This document shows, one piece after another, positions 24,191-38,027 of a stretch of DNA of 64,000 bases. The DNA is from Chiloscyllium plagiosum. Lineage: Eukaryota. The position numbers and the translations under genes were made by a program. Below the pieces are notes generated by a model, which was not told where the DNA came from, did no database searches, and saw only the letters and a list, made by a program, of their open reading frames with translations. The stretch spans positions 54,151,926-54,215,925 of the forward strand of contig NC_057719.1 of assembly GCF_004010195.1 (NCBI RefSeq), given 5' to 3'. Each line of letters opens with the position of its first letter. The stretch's first letter is position 1.

Positions 24191-25149
24191 TCTTTCACTT
24201 TAATGGTGTATAGTGTAAATCTACTTCAGTACTTTCAACTTCACTCCACCAGGTAATTATTCCATCACACTCTTTAAGTGTACCATGTCGGTGAAGGACA
24301 AGCTTTCTGCAAGGAGTTGAAATTAGTTCTTTCATCTCTATTGCTTCTAATAAAATATTTAACAATAATATGTGTAGGAATGAATGAGTTGTCGAGTGAG
24401 GTGAAAGATGATGTGTGAAATGTAAATTAAATCCTGACTGTTTGCAAGTAATCAAGAGCCAAAAGTTATGAACTAGCACAATTAATGTTGCATGATGGGA
24501 TGAGTGGTGTTTATTTTAAAATGCTGAATGAGATTTTTATGTATTAATTTGCTAATAACTGTTTTACTGAATCATATTCTGATTATGTTATAAAGATAGA
24601 ATCTTCTCTTCATTGATGTAGTAACTGAGTAAATTTTAAAGATGTCTAATGCAAATAGTTTTAGAAATACGATATTTGAATAATTTTAAAATATGAGCTG
24701 TATGTTTGAGTAGACCCTGCTGTCAAAACAGAGTGGCCTTTAAAGGGCTATCTGTGACTGATAATTGAAGCTTCTGAACCTGCAATCAGCAATTCTTAGT
24801 GTTTGTAAAGGTTTGATAAGGAGTGTAATGATGGTGGTTTGAAATTCAGTCCAGAGATGGGCAGGAAACATCTCCCATTTTAAGTCAAAAAATAGTGTTG
24901 AGTGTGTTGGCTGGCATTTCTCACATGATCCCATGTTACTCATCTCATTATCTATGCAAGCAAAACGTTGCATGACTTTCTCAGAAAATTGTATGGTGGG
25001 TGAGCTAAAACTTTATGCCACTGACAAGGCCTTCTGGATTTGAAAGCACTGGGACCATATTCAAAGATCATTTGGGTACCAGTTCAGACACTGCAAGTGA
25101 GGAACTACCCCTTACATTGTGGTGGTTATTAGCAGCAATTGCTCCAAGT

Positions 25150-26280
25150 CACATGGACATATAGCCACTGATAGCTGGGGAAAGGAGGCTAGGCCCTTTC
25201 ACGGTTGACTGCAAAAGGAGGCCAGCTCACCCAGACATTTGCAGCCTGGGCAAAGTCAGAGCTCAGGTCAGTGCTAAGGCCTCAGATAAATGGAACAGTC
25301 AGCTGTACTGGAAAAAGGGTAACAATATCCTTTACTCTACAAGAGTAAGTGACACTACCTCTTCTTTGTAACCTTACACTCAGAGGGACATAGTTCTTTT
25401 TTGTATTATTCACCAATGGTATGTAGATGTTATTGTCTGGATCGTCACTTTTTTACCATTCCTAGTTGCCCTTGAGAAAGTAGTGCCTTCATGAGCTGCT
25501 GCTATCTATTTTGTGTTGGCACAATGCTGTTCGCGAGGGACTTCCACAACTTGGACGCAGTGCTGTAACTCTGCCACTGCAAATTATCTTTTCAAGAATG
25601 ATGGACTACAATACTCAGAATCAAATGTCCCCATCTCATTTTTTCACGTGATTAACATCTTCCTGCTTACTACACTTCCTGTTCATCCACTGGGTGTGCC
25701 TCCTAGCTTTGCATAAGGCGCATAATCACAAATTGCTCCAGATCCATTCCCTTCAACCCAAGAGCTCTGCCCTTCCCTAAGAAGCATCAATACTAATACT
25801 TTGCATAGGTTCCTCTCCAACTTTACCGAATAATTCCTTCTCTTCTTTTATGTAGGCATGAGCAGCAGCCAGGAAAGCCCAGGCCAGAATACACTATAGA
25901 CTGAAGCCCTGCTGACTGGTACCACCTGAGAACAAGATGCTCATGAAGCCTGTGTTCACCCACATCTTCTCCAAGTACATTGATCTTCTCTGTCAGTGGG
26001 TACTTATCCAAAGTTGGACTAAGGGCTCCAATCTGGTGAGCATGTCACTGATATGTAACTGCAGTTGATTCAGGAAGAAATGCCCAGCTCTCTGCCAGAG
26101 ACCAGGCACCACTGTTCAGTCCCACACAGAAGAGGTGCTATGTACTCAGCTATAAGTAACATAATCAACTTGCAGAGGGAGGGAGGCAGGGGAACATCAC
26201 ACAGGTGTGCCACAGGGCCCCAGAAGTCTAGTACAAAAGATTACAGAATCCATCCACACTTTCACTACTGTGATAGCTCT
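25150..26280 (+). mobile_element. Fossil PIF/Harbinger Myb/SANT-protein gene
   Basis: About 25190-25350 gives FTVDCKRRPAH-frameshift-TFAAWAK-frameshift-RAQVSAKASDKWNSQLYWKKGNNILYSTR followed by gtaagt. Lies convergent with a transposase remnant at 27800-28130. Confidence 0.5.
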
Positions 26281-26295
26281 GGCCTGCAAACACTA

Positions 26296-26416
26296 GGAGA
26301 CAGTGAGGTTTGCAGATGCTGGAGATCAGAGTTGAGAGTGTGTTGCTAGAATAGCACAGCAGGTCAGGCAGCATCCCAGGAGCAGGGGAATTGACGTTTT
26401 GGGCTGGAGCCCTTCA
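26296..26416 (-). mobile_element. Neptune-type pLTR fragment
   Basis: tgcagatgctggagatcagag...gcagcaggtcaggcagcatc...gacgttttgggc..gcccttca, with a decayed hammerhead. Confidence 0.8.
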
Positions 26417-27799
26417 CACTTGGTCAGCTCCAGTGAAGAGAGCAGCCACTTTGGAGATTCAGGTCTAACAGAAAACACACTGGCTACTGTGCTTTGGCTT
26501 TCACTTCATCTGCTTTAGCCATGGCTGCTCTGTATCAAAGGCAAGGTGAGAGGGGGACAGGGAACAAAGCACCTGACCTCACTCTAAGTGCTTTTTTCTT
26601 TCAAGGAGACAGGGTGATGCCAGCAGGGAATAGGAGAAACAGAGACTGCAGAGATGCCCTGATCCTCCACTGTCCCCTTGCTTGTGATCCCAATATTTGC
26701 AGTGGATTAAGCTGAAGGGATTGACCCTACATCTGGGCAAAACACTCTCAGTGGACCTGCATCTTCTTGGTCAAAAGGTGCTGGCAAGTTTACCCAATTG
26801 TTCAAATTCACCAAGGCTTAGCACACAGGGATATCCTTCTATTCTAGCTGACCGAGAGATTTATAAATCATACTAAGGCCATATTGAGGACATGGATATT
26901 GAAACAATTTGTATGTAAATCATTTCTGTAAATGTACTTACTTGCATTGTTATGGCATCCACTGGAGTTTTATCATGCCTATAGGATTCAGTTGAGTTTG
27001 AGCATTGGAAAGATATGGAGCATTTTCAGTTAACAAAAGGATCTGATGCTTTACAAGTGTCAAACATTGGTTATTCTCTCATCATCCAACTTTCACATTA
27101 TGGAAAAATGATTGGTACATTTCACAAGGAAAAGATTTGTTTTATGTCTGCCATTCTAATAGAAACACTGTAATTTTTAAGTATTTGATATGGCCATTGG
27201 CCAACTCAAATATTCACTTTTACTCTTCACACAGTACTCAATATTGAACAGGTGCACAAGTAGCTACCCTTTGCTGTATGAGTGCTGTTAGATAAGACAT
27301 TGAGGAACAGTGAGGGACCAGTGCTGACTCATTTGCAATGTGAAGCACTGAAGGGATGTTGATGGGCAACCTCTCATAAGTAATATTCTCAGAATGAATG
27401 TCAACTTGATTGTCTTCATTACATTACTGATATGACTTCAACACATGTACTATATTGATACTAATGTACAGCAGAATGCTCTAATGGATAACTGTTTTAT
27501 TATTAATTTATGCAATGTTGATGCAGAGGAAACTTAAAGCATGCACCATAGCTTTTGCAGAGGTGAAGATACTAAATCCATGTGAGATGTTTTTATTGAC
27601 TACAGCAAACACCAATAGGGACTGCTCGGATGGGACAAAGAACAGAGGACTTGATGTCAACTGTGCAAATGACTTAAGAAGTTGCAAATGGAAAATATGA
27701 TCCCAGGGTAGTAACTCTGGAAGTGTCTGACTATTAGGGGGCCTTTGTTCTGTCAGCCTCTCCAGTCCATTGGCCTGTATTCCTAACATTAATCATATA

Positions 27800-28130
27800 T
27801 CTGGGATGTAAAAAAACACTCACTCTCCTCTTCCTCCTTAAAGCTTTCCTCTCTCTCCTGCATTAGTTTCTCATCCAACAGAACCCTTCTTTGGTAACTT
27901 CTGGTGGAGGGCACAGCACAATAATGCTTGACATCCTGTCTGACCTGTAATGCATGGCTCTGCCAAACTGATCCAGTCTTTGGAACCTCATCTTTAGGCA
28001 CTGTGTTCTCTGTCTCACAGTGGTCTTTGTCAACAGCACTCAATACTCCCTGTTTCAATTGAGCCTCTTGATATATCTATTAATGCACATCCACAGGCCA
28101 TGGTTATCAAAGCACTTATGCCCTTTATGG
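27800..28130 (-). pseudogene. Fossil PIF/Harbinger (DDE_Tnp_4-like) transposase C-terminus
   Basis: Minus strand reads LKMRFQRLDQFGRAMHYRSDRMSSIIV..CALH, matching the LK.RFRCL...LQY.P..V..I...C..LHN motif, followed by an acidic tail. Confidence 0.65.
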
Positions 28131-30655
28131 CATGATCTTCCTTTGTTTTGACCCCCTTTCCAGATCATGCAGCTCCCTCCAATACAGTACCTGGTCCCAA
28201 CTTAAAATCCCCAATTGCATATTACCCTTGTGACCATCTTCCCAGTGACCCAATACAAAAGGTCAATCCCCAGGACTGACTGTAGCTCACATCTCCCAGA
28301 TTGGAAATGTCACAGCCCCTGGATTAACTATAGCAGTAGGCTCTGTCTAACTGGAGTCCCCACCTTATCCCACAAAAACCCTCATTTGCACTGACTTTTA
28401 CACATTGCCATCCTCTTCAAGATCATTCAGGGCACTTGCCTCAAACTGCCGAAAAATGACAATCTATTCCCTGAAGGCAAGGAGCTTGTATCACTTTGGT
28501 TCCCCTTTATGCTATCCTAAGTCACACCATATCCAGTTTACCCACCATCCCAGTACTGCCAATCCATTATTGCCCAGTTTTAAAATTATAATCTTTACTT
28601 CCAAATCCCCCATGGCCTTGACAATCTGTATAACTCCTTCTAACCAGCTTTATAAACATATCACTTCAGTTGTTCAAGCTCCGAAATTTCCTACCTAAGC
28701 GTTTCCCTCTCAACATATCTTTTCCATTAACCCCTTCTTTAGATTCTATCTCTATGACTGAGATTTTGCCACCTGCCCTAATATCTCCTCATACTATTCA
28801 GCATCAAAGCTTCTGTGAATTGTCTTGGATGATTTACTTTGGTAAAGGCAATATTAAATACAAGCTTGTTGTCATGGTTATCAGCCCATGTTTGATTCTA
28901 TTTCCTTCTCAGACACCATTACTCTCAGGTAAAGGTGCTAATAAGATGAAGGCACAATAAATTGTGTTGGTAATATTACATATTTTACCAGTGTTTAGTG
29001 CTGTTTAAAATGATTGTGGTGAATGTGTAACTGTGCTCATTCTGTTACTACTGCTCAGGAGACCATTGCTGCCATTGATGTCTCAGATGATAATAGACAT
29101 TTGAAAACTAAACAAGCTCTCTCAACAAATGAAAACCAGTTACTTTTAAACTCATTGGCATTATGTGGAGGAAATCATAAAAATTATTTGGCACTGTTGA
29201 ACCAGTCTGTTGATAGAAGTATTCCAAGGCCTGCAATGAAACCTTTGATAATTAAATCATCAAATTAATTGAAATTAACTTCAGCATCCGGTATTTATAT
29301 AGAGAAATGAATGATCTGTTCCACAGATAATCTAATAGCAGGATCAGAACTGGTCTGATAACCAATTGACACACTTTCACTTTAAATCAAGAGACAATTT
29401 TCTGATCAAAGTAAGAATAGTAGTTTGTTTAAATTTGAGTGTGATATTTAAATGCACACATGCTAAGACATATCTCAGACATCTAAATAATAAACAGTCA
29501 CACAACAGGAGCTAGCCTTAGTCATAAGAAACCCAAGTATATTGATAATGGCAAAAGTGATTGAAATATTTCCATAAATCATAAAAAGATTTAAATAATT
29601 AGTTACTTTTAAGTTTTACATATGCTCAATTATTCATACAGTATAACCTAACAAAACCAGATGAAGACAGAAATAAAATAATTTTGAGGGCATTCTGGTC
29701 ATTAGTTGCCTTAAGGCATTCACTTATAATGAGACTCTTGAGACGAACAATAATTTTAAATGACCTGAATGAAATGATCACTATTGTTCTGAATCTGAGG
29801 ACTATATTTATCATTGTCTGTGCTCTGCCAATGTTTCATTATGTTTGAGGTGAGCGGGACAATGCTAATTCAGTAATATTGCAGCAAATTTTGAATTATT
29901 GATTTCCCTTTACCTCAAACAATCTTGGAATAATCTTTACTTTTATATTTTTTCATGGAATATGAACATCGCAGTCTATCTCTCAAAATACCACAGAAGA
30001 TCACAAATGGAAACATTTGTGCTCTGCAGCATTTGTTAGCTCAAATAAATCAAATAGGTTTTTTTCCTTCACTCGAATTTCGGCATTCTTCTATAGGTAA
30101 GACAAAGTTGAATGTGCTCATTTGAACAGATTTTGTAAAACACATGTAATCTTATATACGGAAAAAAAAAAACAGTATTTCTGACATGGAAATCAATTTT
30201 TGGCTATTACTATCTGATAGAAACCATTTTGTCAAGGGGGAGGATTAGATTGGAACAGAAGGTTGTCCCAAGGCTCTTCTGTCCAAATCTGACAGTCTGC
30301 CATCTTAAATGCAGCAGAGGTTCAAGTCAAACTGGTCAGAAGCTATATCCAGAGCTAAAAGAAGTATGCAATCAAAATGCTGCATGGGGACTAATTTTTA
30401 ACCCTTTGGAAATGTACCTCTATGAGGGTATAGAGAAGGCAATAGACAGAAATGAATGCTTGCTGAAGCTGGTTGGGTAATAGGGAGCTGTAAAATGGAG
30501 AGAGGAAGGTGTAGGTTAGAGACTCCATCACCTTCCAGACTGCCTCTAATAAGTATAAGAGGTAAAAACAATAACTGCAGATGCTGGAAACCAGATTCTG
30601 GATCAGTGGTGCTGGAAGAGCACAGCAATTCAGGCAGCATCCAACGAGGAAGTGA

Positions 30656-30691
30656 AATCGACGTTTCGGGCAAAAGCCCTTCATCAGGAAT
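30656..30691 (-). ncRNA. Minimal hammerhead ribozyme motif
   Basis: Minus strand reads ATTC-CTGATGA-A-GGGC(TTTT)GCCC-GAAAC-GTC-GATT. Confidence 0.8.
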
Positions 30692-31539
30692 AAAGGCAGA
30701 GAGCCTGAAACATGGAGAGATAAGCGAGCGAAGGGTGGGGCTGGGGAGAAAGTAGCATAGAGTACAATAGGTGAGTGGGGGAGGAGATGAAGGTGATAGG
30801 TCAGGGAGGAGAGGGTGGAGTAAATAGGTGGAAAAGGAGCTAGGCAGGTCAGACAAGTCCGGACGGTCAAGGGGACAGTATGGAGCTGGAAGTTTGAAAC
30901 TAGGATCAGGTGGGGGAAGGGGAAATGAGGAAGCTGTTGAAGTCCACATTGATGACCTGGGGTTGAAGTATTCCGAGGGGGAAGATGAGGCGTTCTTCCT
31001 CCAGGCGCCTGGTGGTGAGGGAGCGGTGATGAAGGAGACCCAGGACCTCCATGTCCTCGGCAGAGTGGGAGGGGGAGTTGAAATGTTGGGCCACGGGGCG
31101 GTTTGGTTGATTAGTGCGAGTGTCTCGGAGATGTTCCCTAAAGCGCTCTGCTAGGAGGCGCCCAGTCTCCCCAATGTAGAGGAGACTGCATCGGGAGCAA
31201 CGGATACAATAAATGATATTAGTGGATGTGCAGGTAAAACTTTGATGGATGTGGAAGGCTCCTTTAGGGCCTTGGATAGAGGTGAGGGAGGAGGTGGGGN
31301 NNNNNNNNNNNNNNNNNNNNNNNNNNNNNNNNNNNNNNNNNNNNNNNNNNNNNNNNNNNNNNNNNNNNNNNNNNNNNNNNNNNNNNNNNNNNNNNNNNNN
31401 NNNNNNNNNNNNNNNNNNNNNNNNNNTGACCTATCACCTTCATCTCCTCCCCCACTCACCCATTGTACTCTATGCTACTTTCTCCCCACCCCCACCCTCC
31501 CCTCACTTATCTCTCCACGCTTCAGGCTCTCTGCCTTTA

Positions 31540-31574
31540 TTGCTGATGAAGGGCTTTTGCCCGAAACGTCGATT
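31540..31574 (+). ncRNA. Minimal hammerhead ribozyme motif
   Basis: CTGATGA-A-GGGC(TTTT)GCCC-GAAAC-GTC-GA. Stem I is weakened by a C>G change. Confidence 0.65.
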
Positions 31575-32546
31575 TCGCTGCTCGTTGGATGCTGCCTGAA
31601 CTGCTGTGCTCTTCCAGCACCACTGATCCAGAATCTAATAAGTATAAGACAGGAAGGGCTGAGGTCAGTCTTTTGACTCAGAGACTAATTGACATCCTTA
31701 AGTAAAGGACTATATCTTGCCTTTTCTGGTATTTTACCAGTGGCTGGTGGAGACCACACCATATGAACAGCCATGGCACGTATGCTTGTGGCTTGATGTT
31801 GATGATGGGGGGAGGGGACCCTTCTTGGACATCCCGATCACAAATGGAGGAACGTCTCTCTTTATCAATCACTAATGGGGCCTGAAGATCCCAAGCTACT
31901 CAACCAGATTTGAGATTCCAGATTAAATGCTTCCAATAGACCCCTTTGCAGCATCTGCAGTAGTCACCAGCCCTGGTGATATGGTTAGTATTGCAGAGAT
32001 GTTGACCTTTCTCGGGCTGTCAATTCTCAGAGTGGGTTAACCCATGACTATGACGTCGAGTAGGAAATTTCCCCTTATGGAGTTGGAATCTATGAAGGCA
32101 GCCAACAGGGTGCCTAATTGGACTTAATTTCAATGGATCTCCTGGAAATTACCTTAACGCTGTATCATTACCCCTTCAGCTGATGATTAGGCCCACCATC
32201 ACGATTATTAAATTCCAACCAAAATTTCAATGTGATAAGGCCAACATTGTATTGATCACCAAATCAGTTTTATTAAAATCTGGGGAAGGTCTGAGGAAGT
32301 AGGAACATAGCTGGGAGCTAGCCCACATTTCATATCTAACGTTGACTATGGAATCTACCTTAAAGGATGCCTGAAAGGGGATGAAAAATTCTGGCAACTA
32401 GGGCTTAACCAAGTTCCTAAGCGATTGTTTTTTCCATTCATCTTCATAGATACAGCTACTTGACATTTTATTACAGTGGTGCCCACAAATACAGATTTTC
32501 ATCTGAGTGTGGATCATTTATGTTAGAGGTTAGAGGAAGCTTCCAT

Positions 32547-33253
32547 TGTTATGAAGATGTGGGTGTACTTTAAGCAAGTTAAAAGCAGCAGACCTACCAG
32601 ACACAGCATCAAGTGTACTCAAAAAGGTAACAATGTAAAACTAGGTTGAACAACTTGATTAGTTTGTTGATTGGAGAGAAAAGCAAATTCGAATTCGGCC
32701 AATCAGTTTACAGTATACACAGGACATATCAAACTCCAATCAAGTTTGAATTGAGTATTGACAATGTTGAGGGACATGACACAATCCGATGCTCTGGAGT
32801 ATAAGGCAATGGAAAATTGAATCGTTGAGAGGAGAACTGCCACAATCTAGCATGTAAACAGACTGCTTGAAAAATAGCTCTCTTAAAAAGGGACCTTTTC
32901 AATCAATAACCTGTAAAGCAGTAATTCCTAACCAGGAGAATAGAAGACACAGGCAGATCTGAAGACAAGAACCGAAAGGCTATCTGGTTTTGAGGTAAGT
33001 GTTATTTTGTAAATCTTAATTGGGAGTTTTATCGGGCTAGTATTATCAAAGGGAAGGTAAAAGATAGGTTAGAGAATGAAATTGTAAATAGTGGCTAGTT
33101 AATTATTCTCTGTCATACTTTAAGAAATAAAGTTGTTAATTTTCACTTTAAGTAATTCTTGGCCACTCGATTTTTAAAGATTACTGCACGGGATAAATCT
33201 TTTTGTGTTGCCGCTTTTAAATTAAGCAGGAGAGTTTACCCTGTGTTGTAATA
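32547..33253 (+). mobile_element. Solo LTR
   Basis: About 700 bp, starts TGTTA and ends TAATA (decayed TAACA). TATA-like tataag near 32800, AATAAA near 33126. Flanks ccat/ttat. Confidence 0.55.
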
Positions 33254-33749
33254 TTATTGTGTACATCTGCAATGTCAGTCCAGTTATTTTTCTTTCAGCT
33301 GGTGAAAGCTGAGATGCATGTAACTTAAAATACAATACTTGAGCTAGAAGTAGTAGGAGCATTGTCTCTTCCTGACAGGCAACAAGTTATCCAATCTTTC
33401 ACCTAATCAGCAATCAATACAACATTCTGGTCTTCAATTCAATTGCCATTAAGATAATTGCAAAATATGCCATTGGAGACATGCTTGAGACCACTTCCTT
33501 CAACATTTGCATTGAAACGTAGACCTGGCTGGTTGCATTTTATGGGCATAAAATGAACACAATGAGAGCTATTGTGTTTTTAGCCTCAGAGATATGCAGA
33601 GATGACACCTATTTCCATGTTAGTTGCTTCCTTTGCAAAGCTTTAAAATAGTGGTCTCAAGCTTACTTTTAGTTCATTTTTCTCAGCAACTACACCTATG
33701 CTTGAATAGCATCATTCAGAGAACAATCAACAGATATACATAATCAAAA

Positions 33750-34130
33750 ACTGAACACTAAAAGAACCAAATAATCTCAGAAAATAATGATCATACCTGG
33801 CAGTATCTGTTGTGAGTAAAATTGAGTTAGCAGTTCATGTTTTGTTAGTACTGGAAAAAAAGGGAGAGTTTTAACTAAATAGAAAAGCAGGAAAGTTATG
33901 AAGGGAAGGAAAGAAGAGGAGGAAATGTCTTTGATAGGGTTGAATGCAGGAAAGGAAAAGTGACAAGTAGAATTTGCTGTGAAATAATGGGAGATGGTAA
34001 TGGGATAAATAATCCATCCAAAGAAACCCTCAGAGAAGTTGTAAGTGAGAATTATGATCAATCACTATGATCCAAGATCAAAATAATTCAAATAACAATG
34101 AAGTGGAATTATTGATTATTAAGGTTAAAT
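33750..34130 (-). mobile_element. Old Penelope-pLTR-like remnant
   Basis: Degenerate ctggcagtatctgt..gagtta motif like 2055-2090, followed by a purine-rich tract like other pLTRs. Confidence 0.35.
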
Positions 34131-34225
34131 CATATGGTATCCAGTGAGAGGTAGCCAGTTGGATACAAAATTGGCTTGAAAGTAGGAGACAGAGAGTGGT
34201 GATAAAAGGTTGTTCACACTGGATG
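34130..34225 (+). mobile_element. CR1 RT fragment
   Basis: Reads HGIQ*EVASWIQNWLESRRQRVVIKG-like peptide. Confidence 0.7.
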
Positions 34226-34244
34226 TTCGGGATCATGCTTAAGG

Positions 34245-34465
34245 ATGAAGGTCTGGCAGATCAATTATCCCCAGTGTCCTGGCAAATATGTATCTCTCAA
34301 ACATCATCATAAAACACATTATTTAATCATTATTATATGTTTGATGGTGGGATCTAGCTGTGTGCAAATTAGCTACTATGCTTCCTTCACTACAACAGTG
34401 ACTACAATACTTTATCAGTGATAAAGTGGTTTGGGGCATCCAGTGGTTATTAAAAGCAAAATTTT
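34245..34465 (+). mobile_element. Deu-domain SINE remnant (SacSINE1/AmnSINE1-like)
   Basis: ggtgggatctagctgtgtgcaaattagct...actacaacagtgactaca resembles the conserved Deu-SINE central and 3' domain. Confidence 0.6.
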
Positions 34466-34986
34466 AATCTTTCCTTCTTTTCTTTACATTTGAGACTCAT
34501 GTTCCATACCCAAAGTATTTCTGACAGCCTTCTGACCTACTTTTGGAATGGGCAATTTATCAGGGTATCCTGGCAATGACTGAAAACAACCACTCAATGA
34601 GAATAGGTGATGTAATTCTTGTTAAGACCATTTGTCAATATTAATACTGCAATGTGGAACAAGTGCTGAACCTAGTCTTCATGAGGTGGTTCAATGATCA
34701 CTGGAAGACATATCAAAACTTAAGTAGTTTTTAAATCAAATTCCCAAAACATTGTTGTGTTGCCAGGAAGACAAGGGTATTTGTCAGCTTCACACTAAAC
34801 TGGTTGTTACTATTCAACTCATTGCTCTACACCTCTCCTCCAAGAAATCAGAACCATTACTGTAGAGACAAGCAACCCAAAATGAATTGCCTAAAGTAGG
34901 TGAGTTCCATAAGAGGCACCTGACAGCTGATCAAATTGATATTAATAAGTGCTGGGTCTCATTCTGGAGCTGACTTGGGAATGGTC

Positions 34987-35621
34987 TGTGATGCAGCTGC
35001 TCCTTTAACAAGGTTATGCAGTCCTTGTTTTTTTTTCTCAGAGAGGTCTTAAATGACACAAACTCTGAAAAGTGTGGGGTGTCGGGTTTTAGGGCAATTT
35101 TGATACTAACTAACAGATACTGCCTCAAGCAGAAGGCTTACAATTTTTTTAAAGAATTGTACAATGAAAGTGGTATGGCCAGTTCTCCCAGCTCAGCTTT
35201 ACTCTGGTTTGGTTTGGTTTTTAGCACTAAGTTGAAAAACGCTGCTGGACCTAAAGAAGTAGGTCTAGGCTGCTACTCTCTCTCTCTCTGACCTCTATCC
35301 TGTAAGACCCTGTGTTTGATTTTACCTTTTGTGCCAAGGGGTGTTTATGAGGATTGTTGCAAGTGTTTGGAACAGCATCATTAAGTTGGGATAGTCTGTT
35401 GGGTTTTTGGATAGGTGAAGCTATTCAGTATTTTGTTCCCTTTTGTTTGTGTTTCATTCGGTAATCTTGTAAATAAATTCTGTTTTGTTTAAAACTAAGT
35501 GGTTTGACCAGCTGAATCATTCCTGGAATATCCGCATTATAACTGCTTAAAACAACTAGCAAAGTTAGGGTCTAGGCTACTTTCTTGCAATGTTTTGAGG
35601 GGTCTGGCCTGGTCCGCAACA
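34987..35621 (+). mobile_element. Solo LTR (Gypsy-like)
   Basis: TGTG...AACA ends, (CT)n tract, AATAAA near 35472, 4-bp flanks ggtc/gggc. Confidence 0.65.
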
Positions 35622-36761
35622 GGGCTCAGTCACATATTACAACCATATCCTTGACTTTACTCACACTGACAGTGGTTGTCCATGAATTTACATATTTTCA
35701 TCAACCTGTTCAGATGTATGACATACCTCCAGAGAAGATGAGATTTATCTTTACAAATTACAAACATTAACTTTATCAAAGAATGAAAACATGATATAAC
35801 TAAGAAGGCGTACAAATATTAAATAGTGTACCTGGTATTTTACCATCAGTAACCATTCTATAACTGCTCTATCCTACTTCAGCTCTCCCACTAAGCGGAA
35901 CCAAAGTGACAGTAATAGGGGTGATGTTTGGCTACTGAGAGCCTGACATTCAAGGTGAAAAATGACCCACCTCAGACCACGCCATCTTACCATGGGTTTG
36001 AGCAGTCCAAGCTGCGTAACTGACGGCAGCTGCTGGAGTGGCAAGGAATGGTGCCATTTGGAGAGAGGCCATTGGGCTCCTGCTTTATGATTCCAATCTC
36101 ACTACCTGTGAGAAGGATATTGCTCTTGGGCATCTGCAATCACAAAGCTGGAGAGATTAGGATGCAGTATTTTTGGCTCCTAGAGGAGGATGTCTATGAT
36201 GAGACCATGTGAAGGTTACGATTGAGCATAGCTTTTTGGGAAAGGGGGCCAGACTCCATTGAAGCAACATCAAAGATCAAGTTGGGAAAATTCCTCACTC
36301 AGCAGACTAATTCCCATTAAAAAGGCCTTAACCATCATATTTTCATTCCAGGAGGACAGAGCTGAATGAAGCTGGCAAACCAAATCCAAAGATAGGCCCA
36401 AGATGGCAATAGATGACTGCAGATGGCAAGAACTGCAGAGTGGAACAATTATTTCCCTTTACCAATACATGAGACCAAGTATAATACTGAACATCAGACA
36501 CTCCAACCTTCATCCTCTAGCCACTACACATGCCCATAGTCTTCATGTCTTCGCACCGCTCTACGCCACACTATACCTCACCAATCCCCTTTCATGGAGA
36601 TGGACTTGGTATACATTTTGGGCACACCCGTGAAATGGGCATTAATAAATACATTTCTGCCAACTGAATAGAATTATCATTAAACATGCTTCATATAAAA
36701 CTCTCATACATGAAAAACATACAAAACGAAATCCCCACCAGTGGTCAATCTTTTTTAAAAA

Positions 36762-38027
36762 ATCAGGCAAAAGTCCTTCATCAGAAATGAGTCTTGTGAG
36801 CTGAGGGGGTGGAGAGATAAATGGGAGGGGGTGGGGCTGGGGGAAATAGCCGAGAGTGCAATAGGTAGATAGAGGGGGGGTAATGGTGATAGGTCAGACA
36901 GGAGGGTGGAGCAGATAGGTTGGAAGGAATTTGGACAGGTAGGACAGGTCATAAGGGCGATGCCAAGTTGGAAGGTTGTAACTGGGAGCAGAAATGAGGA
37001 AACTGGTGAAATCCACATTAATCCCACGTGGTTGCAGGATCCCAAAGTGGAAGATGAGGCATTCTTTCTCCAGGCATCAGGTGGTAAGTGTTTGGCGACG
37101 GAGAAGGCCCAGGACCTGCATGTCCTTGGCAGAGTGAGAGGGGGAGTTGAAATGTTCAGCCACAGAGCGGTGGGGTTGATCGGTGCAGGTGTCCCAGAGA
37201 TGATCTCTGAAACCATTTGCAAGTTGGCGTCCTGTCTTCCCGATGTATAAGATAGCACATCGGGTGCAACGAATACGTAGATGACATTAGTAGAGGTACA
37301 GATAAACTTCTGTCAGATGTGCAAGGATCCTTTGGGACCTTGGATGGAGGTGAGGGGAGTGGTGTGGGTGCAGGTTTTGCACTTCCTGCAGTTGCAGGGG
37401 AAGGTTCCAGTGGGGTGTGTGTTGGTGTGAGGTGTGGATCTGACGAGGGAGTCGTGGAAGGAATGGTCTTTCCGGAACACTGGTAGGGGTGTGGAGGAAA
37501 AAATATATCTGGTGGTGGGGTCTGTTTGTAGGTGGCGGAAGTGGCGGAAGATGATGCAGTGTATGTGGAGGTTGGTGGGGTGAAAGGTGAGGACCAGGGG
37601 TATTCTGTCCTTGTTGCATTGGGAGGGATGGGTTCGAGGGCAGAGGTGCAGGAAGTGGAGCAAATGCACTGGAAGATATCATTGACCATCTGGAAAGGGA
37701 AATTGCAATCTTTCCCTCCCCTCACCTTATCACAGATCTAATCTTCCAACTCAGCACCATCTTTACGCAGTGTTCTACCTGTCCATCTTCCTTCCCACCT
37801 ATCTGCTCCACCCTCCGCTCTGACCTATCACCATTACCCCCACCTCCATCCGCCTATCACACTCTGAAGTACCTTCCCCCAAGCCTCACCCCCTCCCAAT
37901 TATCTATCCACTCCCTCAGCTCACAAGCCTCAATCCTGGTGAAGGGCTTCTGCCTGAATCATTGATTCTCCTGCTCTAGGATGCTGCCTGACCTGCTGTG
38001 CTCTTCCAGCACCATACTCTCGACTCT
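36762..38027. mobile_element. Neptune-type Penelope insertion, minus arm 36762-~37710 and plus arm ~37711-38027
   Basis: Minus frames give RIPLVLTFHPTNLHIHCIIFRHFRHLQTDPTT..GTFPCNCRKCKTC. The plus arm is a pLTR with a decayed hammerhead at 37936-37965. Confidence 0.88.

Larger units (their letters stand above)
30561..31633. mobile_element. Neptune-type Penelope insertion with head-to-head arms (minus 30561-31299, plus 31427-31633)
   Basis: GIY-YIG region ..AQHFNSPSHSAEDMEVLGL..RRLEEERLIF. Perfect 16-bp TSD tctaataagtataaga at 30545-30560 and 31634-31649. The arm junction lies in the gap 31300-31426. Confidence 0.9.
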
